Part shown: positions 13,861-29,645 of the stretch, piece by piece
Numbering within the stretch: position 1 is the first letter of the stretch
Layout of the letters: every line of letters starts with the position of its first letter
From: Eledone cirrhosa
Lineage: Eukaryota
Length of the DNA stretch: 29,645 nucleotides
Assembly: GCA_964016885.1 (NCBI GenBank)
Contig: CAXHJY010000388.1
Span: 1-29,645, forward strand
Direction of reading: 5' to 3'
Position numbers and translations under genes: made by a program
Notes under the pieces: generated by a model
Databases searched by the model: none
Seen by the model: only the letters and a program-made list of their open reading frames with translations
Told to the model about the DNA's origin: nothing

Positions 13861-16642
13861 TCATCATCATCATCATCATCAACGTTTAACGTCCGTGTTC
13901 CACGCTTGCATGGGTTTGGACGGGGGTAGTCCCACTTGAGGCAAGAGTGATTGTCTTGCTCGCATAGGACTGTCTGGCAGGTTTTCTACAGTTGGATGCC
14001 CTTCCTAACACCAACCACATTTACAGTGTGGGTCTGGGAGGTTTTTACCGTGTTGCCTACACGGCCACATTACAGCGTGGACTGTGTGTTTTTTTGTCGT
14101 GACACCTACACGATCTCATTTGTTTCGGCCTGGATGGCGCGGCACCAACATAACTTTACATAGAACGGGGTGGTGTGGATGGGGTGGGGGGTGGCGGCGG
14201 GAGGGGTGTATTTTGTTAGATATGCCTACTGGCAAGGCGGGTCTTCTCTGTTACTGAGTACCGCCAAAGGTCACGGTCCAGTGACATTGTCTTGGAGAGG
14301 TGTAAGTGTGTGAGGTCGGAGTTTATCAGCTCATCCCATGTTTTTCTAGGTCTGCCTATTCCGTGGCTACCGTCTATCTTTATTGCCCTGCACTTTGTAA
14401 TACAGCTATCGACTTTCATGCGCATCACGTGTCCATACCAACGCAGCCTTCTCTCGAGTAAACAACATCTGATCCCTCTTATCTCTAATTTTTTCCTTAG
14501 TTCGTTTATGCTTTGCCGTTCACGTATATTACTGTTACACATCCAGCGGAGCATGCAAGCTTCGTTCCTCTCTAGTCTGCGTATATCCTCTGCACACAAT
14601 GCCCAGGTCTCACTACCATGCAACATTGCTGTCGTATGCAGGCATCGTACAACCTGCTTTCATTTTTAGGGAGAACCCTTTAGCAGCTAATAGTGGTATA
14701 AGCTCTCTGAACTTTTTCCAACCAGTTCTGACTCTAGCTACAGTACTTTCAGAGCACCTCCCCCACTGCTGATTTTATCGCCCAGGTAACGGAAGCTGTC
14801 CACTATTTCTATAGAACCCTCTGCGCAATTGAAAGAGCTAGTATTTTGTGGGCACTTGCTGCTACTTATTGCACCAGAACACCGGCCACATGTAAAGTCT
14901 ATGTTCTTAGTTAGCTTACCTGTGATCCCACTACATCTTTTATGCACCCATACTTTGCATTTAGGACATAAGATGGAGTTTCTACCTACGCCTTTCCTAC
15001 TACCGAGCACGACCATTTCCCAGAAGGGACCGCCGCCTTGTTTTCTTTCCTACAAACTAGAACTTTGGTCTTAGCCAGGTTAATTTTAAGTCCTTTTGAC
15101 TCTAGGCCGTGCTTCCATGTTTGGAATTTCTTCTCTAGCTCGGCCATTGATTCCGCTATGAGTGTCAGGTCGTCTGCGTATAGGAGTTCCCATGGGCAGC
15201 CTGTCTTGAACTCCTCTGTTATAGCCTGAAGGGCAATAATAAATAGTAGGGGGCTGAGAACAGAGCCCTGATGGACGCCAACTTTTACGCTAAACTCTTC
15301 ACTATATTCGTTGTTAATTCTAACCTTGCTGACTGTTTCTTTATACATGGCTTGTATAGCCCTCACAAGCCATTCGTCAACGCCTAGTTTTCTAAGAGCC
15401 CACCAGATAATGGAGCAGGGGACTCTGTCGAAGGCTTTCTCCAGGTCGACAAAAGCTAAGTAGAGGGGTTTACCTTAGCTAGGTACTTCTCCTGTAGTTG
15501 TCGTACTATGAAAAGAGCGTCTGTGGTGCTTTTGCCTGACACAAACCCGAACTGCATTTCATCTAGATCAATTCTCTCTCTGATTAGTTGCGCTATTACT
15601 TTTTCCGTGACCTTCATGACCTGGTCGATTAATTTAATGCCTCTATAGTTACTCCTATCTAGGGCGTCTCCTTTACCCTTATAACAGTTAACGATGATGC
15701 TGCTATGCCAGTCCTTCGGAACAACCCCATTCTGTACGACTTGGTTAACTATGCGGGTGACCATGTTGTGTCCCACCGTGCCAGATGCCTTCAGCATCTC
15801 AGCAACTATTTCCGAAGGCCCAGCCGCCTTACCAGTCTTCATATCTTGATTGCCCTACTTATTATACTCCCTCGACTAACACTGCTGGTCCCTCTATCGG
15901 GTCGATAAGGGGGAGACTGTCTTTCTCCCATTTATTCTCCTCATTTAGTAGCCTTTCATAGTGACACTTCCAAGCTACCTTCTTATCAGTGTCGGTGATG
16001 GCAAGTATGCCATCATCGTTAAGTACACACTTCTCCCCGACAATATCACGGTTTTCCTTGACGCATTGCCTGGCAATCCTGAACACCTCACGTTTTTGGT
16101 CATCGCGTTGTAGAACATGCTTGAACTTTCTTTCCTCAGCTTCCCTCTTGCTAAGTACACTTCTCTCCTAGCTTCCCTCCTGGCCACTTGATAGTCTACT
16201 CTACTTCCCCCATCCCGCCATACTTTCCAAGCCTGCTTTTTGGCCTTAATTGACCCCTCCACCCTATTGTTCCACCACCATGTTACTCTCCTCCTGCCTA
16301 CAGGCCTGCTCCAGCCACAGACTTCGTCTGTCGCCAACAGCAGGTTTGCTTTCAGAAATTTCCACTGTCCCTCTATATTGTCCGATTCTAGATGCTCTTC
16401 CTTACTGTCGAAAGCATCAAGTAATATGCTTTGAAATTTATTTCTGGCTGTGGGGTCCTTTAGTTTCCATATTTTCCTCCTGAGGATAGTCGGATAGTCC
16501 TCTTCTGCTGTCGGGTGCGTCTCGTCCTGACTATGAGGTCGCTAATTATCAGTCTATGTTGGGAGGTGCATTCTTCATGGGGGAGGGATTTAGTGTTTAC
16601 AACAGACACTCTGTCACGTCTTCTGGTAAGGATATAATCTAT
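13861..16642 (-). mobile_element. RTE-clade LINE, subfamily B, 5'-truncated, (GAT)n tail
   Basis: (CAT)n at 13861-13881. Motifs NYRGIKL, MQFGF, VGVHQGSVLSPLLF, LLYADDL and FRYLG. Colinear with subfamily A but clearly diverged, with a different 3' UTR. Confidence 0.95.
14216..16642 (-). pseudogene. RTE EN-RT ORF remnant, frameshifted
   Basis: Begins IDYILTR...[14 protein letters not shown]. Fragments are 15975-16337, 15862-16086, 15456-15842, 14986-15366, 14738-15016 and 14216-14626. Confidence 0.92.
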
Positions 16643-18183
<1,541 letters not shown>

Positions 18184-18805
18184 TCATCATCATCATCATC
18201 ATCACCGTTTTACGTCCGTTCTTCCACGCTAGCATGGGTTAGACGGGTTGTCCTGTTGTGGGCAGTGTCTGGTCGGCTGACCATGCCTTGCTCATACAGG
18301 AACTGATCTGGCTTGATTTCTACAGCTGGATGCCCTTCCTAACACCAACCTCATTTACAGTGAGTGCTGGGTGCTTTTTCGTGGCGCCTACACGTCCACT
18401 TTACAGTGTGGGCTGGGTGCTTTTTTGCCGTGGCACCTCCACGACCACCTTGCGGTGGGGGGTGTGGGGGCATATTGTTTATATGCTTCAGCATGTACCC
18501 ATGGGAGGTCGGGTACTCTGTATTACTGCGTGACGCCAGAAGTCACGGTCGTGTGTCATTGACTTTGAGAGGTGTAGTTGGGTAAGGTCGGCTTTTATCA
18601 CCTCATCCCAAGTCATCTTGGGTCTCCCCACTCCGCGGTTTCCATCAACTTCTAGTGCTCTGCACCTTTTTATGCAGCTGTCATCCTTCATACGCATCAC
18701 ATGTCCATACCAGCGTAACCGCCTCTCCTGCACGCAGCATTTGATTCCTCTTATGCTCAGTCTCTCTCTCAATTCATTTATGCTTTGTCGTTCACGTATA
18801 TTACT
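18184..18805 (-). mobile_element. RTE subfamily A, short 3' fragment
   Basis: Nearly identical to 9501-10120, with a (CAT)n tail. ORF 18488-18772 is the C-terminus. Confidence 0.95.
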
Positions 18806-18904
18806 ATTTATATATATTTATTTATTTATATATTTATTTATATATATATATATATATTTATTTATTTATATATATTTATTTATTTATATATTTATTTATT
18901 TATA

Positions 18905-18951
<47 letters not shown>

Positions 18952-18968
18952 ATATATATATATTTATT

Positions 18969-19009
<41 letters not shown>

Positions 19010-19014
19010 TTATT

Positions 19015-19071
<57 letters not shown>

Positions 19072-19072
19072 A

Positions 19073-19119
<47 letters not shown>

Positions 19120-19142
19120 TTATATATATATATATATTTATT

Positions 19143-19177
<35 letters not shown>

Positions 19178-19204
19178 ATATTTATTTATATATATATATA
19201 TATA

Positions 19205-19295
<91 letters not shown>

Positions 19296-19306
19296 ATATT
19301 TATTTA
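18806..19306. repeat. (TA)n/(TTTA)n microsatellite
   Basis: Read directly. Confidence 0.97.
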
Positions 19307-20004
19307 TCATCATCATCATCATCATCATCATCAGGTTTAGCGTCCGTGTTCCACGCTTACATGGGTTTGGACGGGGGTTTTCCCACTTGAGGCAAGAGTG
19401 GTTGTCTTGCTCGCATAGGACTGTCTGGCGGGTTTTCTACAGTTGGATGCCCTTCCTAACACCAACCACATTTACAGTGTGGGGCTGGGAGGTTTTTACC
19501 GTGTTGCCTACACGGCCACATTACAGCGTGGACTGTCTGGCGGGTTTTCTACAGCTGGATGCCCTTCCTAACACCAACCACATTTACAGTGTGGGGCTGG
19601 GAGGTTTTTACCGTGTTGCCTACACGGCCACATTTACAGCGTGGACTGTGTGTTTTTTGTCGTGACACCTACACGATCTCATTTGTTTCGGCCTGGATTT
19701 TGTGGGACCAACATAACTTTACATTGAAAGGGGCGGTGTGGGTGGGGTGGAGGTGGTGGGACGGGGGTGTGTTTTGATAGAGGTGCCTACTGACTGTAGT
19801 AGGTTTTTTACTTTGTATTTAGGTAAGGCGGGTCTTCTCTATAGTGTGAATTTAGGACATAGAAGTGATTGAATGAATGGGTTCGAATGGAGAGAAGAAT
19901 CGAGAAAAAATTTTGGGCATAATTTAACAATAAACGAAAATACAAGATTTGTTTTGTTTAAGAAAATACGGTAGAGAAAATGCGGTGATAGGGGAAATAT
20001 GATT
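19307..20004 (-). mobile_element. RTE subfamily B 3' UTR derivative with an internal 112-bp tandem duplication and an unrelated ~165-bp 5' segment (19841-20004)
   Basis: Matches 13861-14250 up to GGCGGGTCTTCTCT, then diverges. Repeat units are 19418-19529 and 19530-19642. Confidence 0.85.
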
Positions 20005-20920
<916 letters not shown>

Positions 20921-21121
20921 ACTCTTTTACTCTTTTACCTGTTTCAGCCATCCGGCTGAGGCCATGCTGGGGCACCGCCCTTGTTGCTACACATTTTATC
21001 TCCAGCCTGTATAGGTTGGCCACTGGTGTAAGAGGGAGTTTGTTGCTGCTGCCCTTAGGTTTCCCTCGTGTCTTGCTGTGGGCTCATCCGGGATCCTGGA
21101 TAACAAGGTGTCGAGATGTTT
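20921..21121 (-). mobile_element. CR1/L2-group LINE 3' fragment, (AGTAAAAG)n tail
   Basis: Matches 23579-23754 and encodes [15 protein letters not shown]...[11 protein letters not shown]. Confidence 0.9.
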
Positions 21122-21130
21122 AAACTTTAA

Positions 21131-21350
21131 ATAAATATATACATATATGTATAGATATATATATCTATGTATCCATATATATCTATATCTATGTATACAT
21201 ATACACACACACACATATATATATACACATATATGTATGTATATATATATGTAAGTATGTATATATATGTGTATATATATATATATATACACATATATGT
21301 ATGTATATATATATGTAAGTATGTATATATATGTGTATATATATATATAT
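21131..21350. repeat. Degenerate (TA)n with TG/CA variants
   Basis: Read directly. Confidence 0.9.
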
Positions 21351-22595
21351 ATAGCTGAATCTATGGTAGAACTAGAGAATAAATTCCAAACCTGGAAGCA
21401 GGGACTAGAGAGAAAGGGCCTCAAAGTCAACATGACAAAGACTAAGGTCCTTGTAAGTAGACGAGAAAACAGAACCCAGATCCCCTCAGGGAAATGGCTT
21501 GCTCAGTATGTAGGAAAGGTGTAGGTAGAAACTCCATTCTCTGCCCCAAATGCAAACAATGGGTACACAAGAGGTGTAGCGGGATCTCAGGAAGCTTAAT
21601 TAAGAATGTAGGATTCACATGCAGCAGCTGTGCTGAAACAGCAAGCAAACAGCCACAGGAAACAAGTACCACCAATCACTGGGAGGGCCCTGTAGAAACA
21701 GTAGACAGCTTCTGCTACCTAGGTGACCGAATTAGCAACGGAGGTGGGTGCTCAGAAAGTACAATAACTAGGGTAAGAACGGGATGGAAGAAGTTTAGGG
21801 AACTACTACCACTGCTAGCTGCAAAAGGCTTCTCCCTCAGAATGAAAGGCAGACTGTATGATGCGTGTATCCGAACAGCGATGTTGCATGGTAGTGAGAC
21901 CTGGGCGCTGAAGGTGGAAGACTTACGTAGATTAGAGAGAAACGAAGCCTGCATGCTCCGATGGATGTGTAACAGTAATATACGTGAACGACAAAGCATA
22001 AATGAATTGAGAGAGAGACTGAGCATAAGAGGAATCAAATGCTGCGTGCAGGAGAGGCGGTTACGCTGGTATGGACATGTGATGCGTATGAAGGATGACA
22101 GCTGCATAAAAAGGTGCAGAGCACTAGAAGTTGATGGAAACCGCGGAGTGGGGAGACCCAAGATGACTTGGGATGAGGTGATAAAAGCCGACCTTACCCA
22201 ACTACACCTCTCAAAGACAATGACACACGACCGTGACTTCTGGCGTCACGCAGTAATACAGGGTACCCGACCTCCCAAGGGTACATGCTGAAGCATATAA
22301 ACAATATGCCCCCCCCCCCCACCGCAAGGTGGTCGTGGAGGTGCCACGGCAAAAAAGCACCCAGCCCACACTGTAAAGTGGACGTGTAGGCGCCACGAAA
22401 AAGCACCCAGCACTCACTGTAAATGAGGTTGGTGTTAGGAAGGGCATCCAGCTGTAGAAATCAAGCCAGATCAGTTCCTGTATGAGCAAGGCATGGTCAG
22501 CCGACCAGACACTGCCCACAACAGGACAACCCGTCTAACCCATGCTAGCGTGGAAGAACGGACGTAAAACGGTGATGATGATGATGATGATGATG
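21351..22595 (+). mobile_element. RTE subfamily A, 5'-truncated just after the YADD motif, (GAT)n tail
   Basis: Near-identical reverse complement of 9501-10743. ORF 21494-22291 contains the PHD-like finger, FCYLG and the C-terminus. Confidence 0.95.
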
Positions 22596-22835
22596 TATAT
22601 ATATATATCTAAGTATACACATATATATATGTATACATATATATGTATACACATATATATGTATACATATATATATATATGTATACATATATATGTGTAT
22701 ATATATTTATGTATACATATATATGTATACATATATATATGTGTATACATATATGTATGTATACTTATATATATATGTATACATATATGTAAGTATATAT
22801 ATGTATACATATATATATGTAAACATATATCTATA
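22596..22835. repeat. Degenerate (TA)n with ATGTATAC units
   Basis: Read directly. Confidence 0.9.
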
Positions 22836-22841
22836 TTCAGT

Positions 22842-22903
22842 AAGGGCGGTGCCCCAGCATGGCCTCAGCCGGATGGCTGAAACAGGTAAAAGAGTAAAAG
22901 AGT
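22842..22903 (+). mobile_element. 62-bp 3' tip of the CR1/L2-group LINE, or of a SINE sharing its 3' end
   Basis: AAGGGCGGTGCCCCAGCATGGCCTCAGCCGGATGGCTGAAACAGGTAAAAGAGTAAAAGAGT is the reverse complement of 20921-20982. Confidence 0.88.
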
Positions 22904-23082
22904 ATATATATGTATCCATATATATATATATGTATCCATATATATATATGTATCCATATATATATATGTATCCATATATACATATGTATCCATATATATA
23001 TATATGTATCCATATATATATATATCCATATATATATATATGTATCCATATATATATATATGTATCCATATATATATATATA
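22904..23082. repeat. Minisatellite of (TA)n-TGTATCCA units
   Basis: Repeated tgtatccatata; the same unit resumes at 23341-23430. Confidence 0.9.
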
Positions 23083-23340
23083 TCTATCTAAGGCGGGTAA
23101 AATTCCCGAGATTCATGGACGAGTTCACTCCAGCGGTCTCTGTCCCTCATTATCGCTGCCATATCCTGCATCTCCAACAGACCAGTGTCTGTCCTTAGGG
23201 CATCAACATATGTTAACCTTGGTCTTCCTCTTCTAGTGTGTCCATGTAGGGGCTCCCAAAGGAGCACTCTGTGCAATGTCAACTCTGGATGTCGGTGAGC
23301 ACGTCCAGCCAACCTCAGTCTTCTCTGTGTCACTTTTGAC
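23083..23340 (-). mobile_element. Third RTE-type LINE family, C-terminal fragment with essentially no 3' UTR
   Basis: [14 protein letters not shown]...[23 protein letters not shown]...MRDRDRW. The stop codon TAG at 23088-23090 runs straight into ATAGA(TA)n. Confidence 0.85.
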
Positions 23341-23578
23341 ATATATATATATATATGTATCCATATACATATACATATATATATATGTATCCATATATAT
23401 GTATCCATATATATATATATGTATCCATATATATATGTATCAATATATACATATGTATGCATATATGTATACATATATATATATATGTATGCATATATGT
23501 ATATGTATACATATGTATATATATATGTATGTATATATATGTATACATATTTATATATATATGTATACATATATATAT

Positions 23579-25340
23579 ACTCTTTTACCTGTTTCAGCCG
23601 TCCGGCTGAGGCCATGCTGCTACACATTTTATCTCCAGCCTGTATAGGTTGGCCACTGGTGTAAGAGGAAGTTTGTTGCTGCTGCCCTTCGGTTTCCCTC
23701 GTGTCTTGCTGTGGGCTCATCCGGGATCCTGGATAACAAGGTGTCGAGATGTTTCTTAAAGACATCCACCTCCATGTCATGCAAGTCTCTCAGATCCCTC
23801 GGCAGCCTGTTGAAGAGTTGAGGGCCCTTGAATCCCAGGCTATTGCAATACCTGCTCCTTATTCTAGATGTGGAAGATGGGACCTTTGGCACCACACAGT
23901 GACGTCCTGTTCGACTATTGGTCCAGCTCCCAATGCCAAAGTTTGGTGCTAGTCCCTCCAGGATTTTCCACATGCAGATCACTGCGTATCTCTCCCGTCT
24001 TCGCTCCAAGGAGTAGAGGTTCAGTTCCTTTAGCCTCTCCCAGTAACTTGTCTCCCTCATCTTGGCAATCCTCTTGGTGTAGCTTCGCTGGATTGCCTCA
24101 AGCTTCGTGGTTAGTTTGACACTATGGGGTGACCACAACTGGGAGCAGTAGTCCAGGCGGCTTAGGACAAAAGTCCTCCACAGTGTCAACATGGTGTCTC
24201 GATCTCTTGTCCGGAAAGTCCTCAAGATCCAGCCAGCGAGTCGTCTGCACATTGTCGCCACTTTCATGATGTGTGAAGAAAAAGATGCATCATCGCTCAT
24301 GTCTATGCCCAGGTCTCGTATCGATTTTGACACAGGGATATCGATCCCTCCTGGTCCTGTGTAGTTGTGTTCCACTATATTTGTGTTTGCAGGTTTGTAT
24401 TGTAGGGCTTGGAATTTGCCAGCATTAAACTGCATGTTGTTTTCTTCCGCCCATCTGTATATGGCATCCAGATCCTGCTGTAAACGGGCAGCGTCAGCCG
24501 GGTTTTTGCCTGTGTTACCTTATTGTCATCAGCATAGCTAGTGAGGGATGTTGTTGTATGCACTACAGAGGGCATGTCTGAGAGAGCCACCAAAAACAGT
24601 AGTGGTCCCAGGACTGTCCCCTGGGGCACCCCACTTGTTATTGGTGTTTCCCTCGAGAGGGCCCCATTTGCTGCGACTGCCTGGCTTCTGTCCCTTAGGA
24701 AGCTATGCAGCCACTTACCTACTTTTCCAGTTATGCCGAGTCCGTGTAGTTTGTGACATATCATTCCGTGGTCGACCCTGTCAAAGGCCTTCGCAAAGTC
24801 AAGATATATCACGTCCACATGTGAGCTGTCTAGTAGTTGTCTCAGTACCCAGTCGTAGTGATGTAGCAGCTGTGTAAGGCAGCTTCTTCATGGGCGGAAG
24901 CCATGTTGCGTGCTAGTCAGGTGGTCATTTTCCTTGAGGAAAGTGATCAGTTTCTTCCTGACGACTCGCTCCATGATCTTACTGATATGCGATGTCAGGG
25001 AGACTGGCCTATAGTTCTTGACCTCCGCTCTGCTACCTCCTTTATGGCATATTGTGCCTTCTTTCAGCTCCCTGGGTAGTACACCGCTAGCCAAGGAGCT
25101 TCTGAAGAGCATCTTCAGTGGAGTTGCTAAGGCCCGCTTACATAATTTTAAGAGAACTGCTGGGAATCCATCAGGTCCGGCAGCTGAGTCTGTTCTAATT
25201 TCATCAATGGCGTACACCACAACCTCCTCCGTTATGTCTATGTGGTTGATGGTTGCCATTTCTTGATGTAGTGTTGTGGCATCAAAGAACTCCTCTGGCT
25301 TCGTTATTTGCATGTGCCTCAATGGACATGTGAACACACT
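23579..25340 (-). mobile_element. CR1/L2-group LINE, 5'-truncated, with an RT pseudogene (23629-25340)
   Basis: SVFT, AAGPDG, NYRPVSLTS, QHGFRP*, YLDFAKAFDRVDH, SGVPQGTVLGP, YADD, RLDYCSQLWSP and LYSLERRRER. There is an in-frame TGA at 24888-24890 and a frameshift near 24500. Confidence 0.93.
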
Positions 25341-25416
25341 TATATATATATATATATATTTATTTATATATATTTATATATATATATATTTATTTATATA
25401 TATTTATATATATATA

Positions 25417-25479
<63 letters not shown>

Positions 25480-25488
25480 TTATTTATA

Positions 25489-25741
25489 TGTAGGTGTCAC
25501 GACAAAAAACACACAGTCCACGCTGTAATGTGGCCGTGTAGGCAACACGGTAAAAACCTCCCAGACCCACACTGTAAATGTGGTTGGTGTTAGGAAGGGC
25601 ATCCAACTGTAGAAAACCTGCCAGACAGTCCTATGCGAGCAAGACAATCACTCTTGCCTCAAGTGGGACTACCCCCGTCCAAACCCATGCAAGCGTGGAA
25701 CACGGACGTTAAACGCTGATGATGATGATGATGATGATGAT
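25489..25741 (+). mobile_element. RTE subfamily B 3' UTR fragment with (GAT)n tail
   Basis: Near-identical reverse complement of 13861-14110. Confidence 0.93.
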
Positions 25742-26518
<777 letters not shown>

Positions 26519-26565
26519 ATAAAGTTAAATAAAAGTCAAATGATTAAAATTTAGCTTCGTTTATT

Positions 26566-26620
26566 ACTGCTATATATATTTCAGTGACAGCCATCTTTGG
26601 CTGTGACCTCTTCAGGCAGT
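26566..26620 (-). ncRNA. Hammerhead ribozyme, mirror copy
   Basis: Exact reverse complement of 26851-26905. Confidence 0.82.
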
Positions 26621-26850
26621 TTGAATTAGTATGGTATAGACAAGTACATATGTTGTTTAGGTGTATGATATTGTCAATACTCTGATATGCCCAGTTCCTT
26701 GTTGGGTTGTTAATTCACTGGGGAACTGGAGTCATATGACTCCAGTTCCCCAGTGAATTAACAACCCAACAAGGAACTGGGCATATCAGAGTATTGACAA
26801 TATCATACACCTAAACAACATATGTACTTGTCTATACCATACTAATTCAA

Positions 26851-26905
26851 ACTGCCTGAAGAGGTCACAGCCAAAGATGGCTGTCACTGAAATATATATA
26901 GCAGT
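26851..26905 (+). ncRNA. Type I hammerhead ribozyme with minimal palindromic stem III
   Basis: ACUGC-CUGAAGA-GGUCACAGCCA-AAGA-UGGCUGUCACU-GAAA-UAUAUAUA-GCAGU: stem I ACUGC/GCAGU, CUGANGA and GAAA cores, long stem II and an AUA cleavage triplet. Confidence 0.85.
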
Positions 26906-27050
26906 AATAAACGAAGCTAAATTTTAATCATTTGACTTTTATTTAACTTTATTTTACACTACTCCGGAGTAACCAAACCAACCTGCGCACTTCGTCGAGT
27001 GCTCCAGCCTGCATACTGAGGTGTTGGTATACAACCAACATAAACTCAAA

Positions 27051-29645
<2,595 letters not shown>

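Noticed and set aside
24888-24890. Programmed readthrough at QHGFRP*RSC
   Set aside because: Most simply a GGA>TGA nonsense change in a truncated copy that also has a frameshift.

Overview
Eukaryotic repeat desert with no host gene. About half of the window is (TA)n microsatellite with local variant units. It is interrupted by 14 non-TA islands, and 13 of them are recognisable retroelement pieces. Six are 5'-truncated RTE-clade LINE copies of two subfamilies (A and B) with (GAT)n tails and a C4HC3 PHD-like zinc finger inserted inside the reverse transcriptase. One is a third, unrelated RTE-type C-terminal fragment. Three are CR1/L2-group LINE pieces with a 3' stem-loop and an (AGTAAAAG)n tail. 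Three are Penelope-like elements (PLEs) with inverted pseudo-LTRs and hammerhead ribozyme motifs: a truncated Naiad-type GIY-YIG element, a perfect 436-bp palindrome carrying two mirror-image hammerheads, and a 60-bp-arm hairpin. Every island is bounded by TA repeat on both sides and no recognisable element is nested in another, which suggests that several unrelated retroelement classes converge on (TA)n as a landing pad. The LINE 3' ends resemble those I recall from octopod cephalopods; this host assignment is inference only. The long Ile/Tyr ORFs are translation artefacts of the microsatellite.
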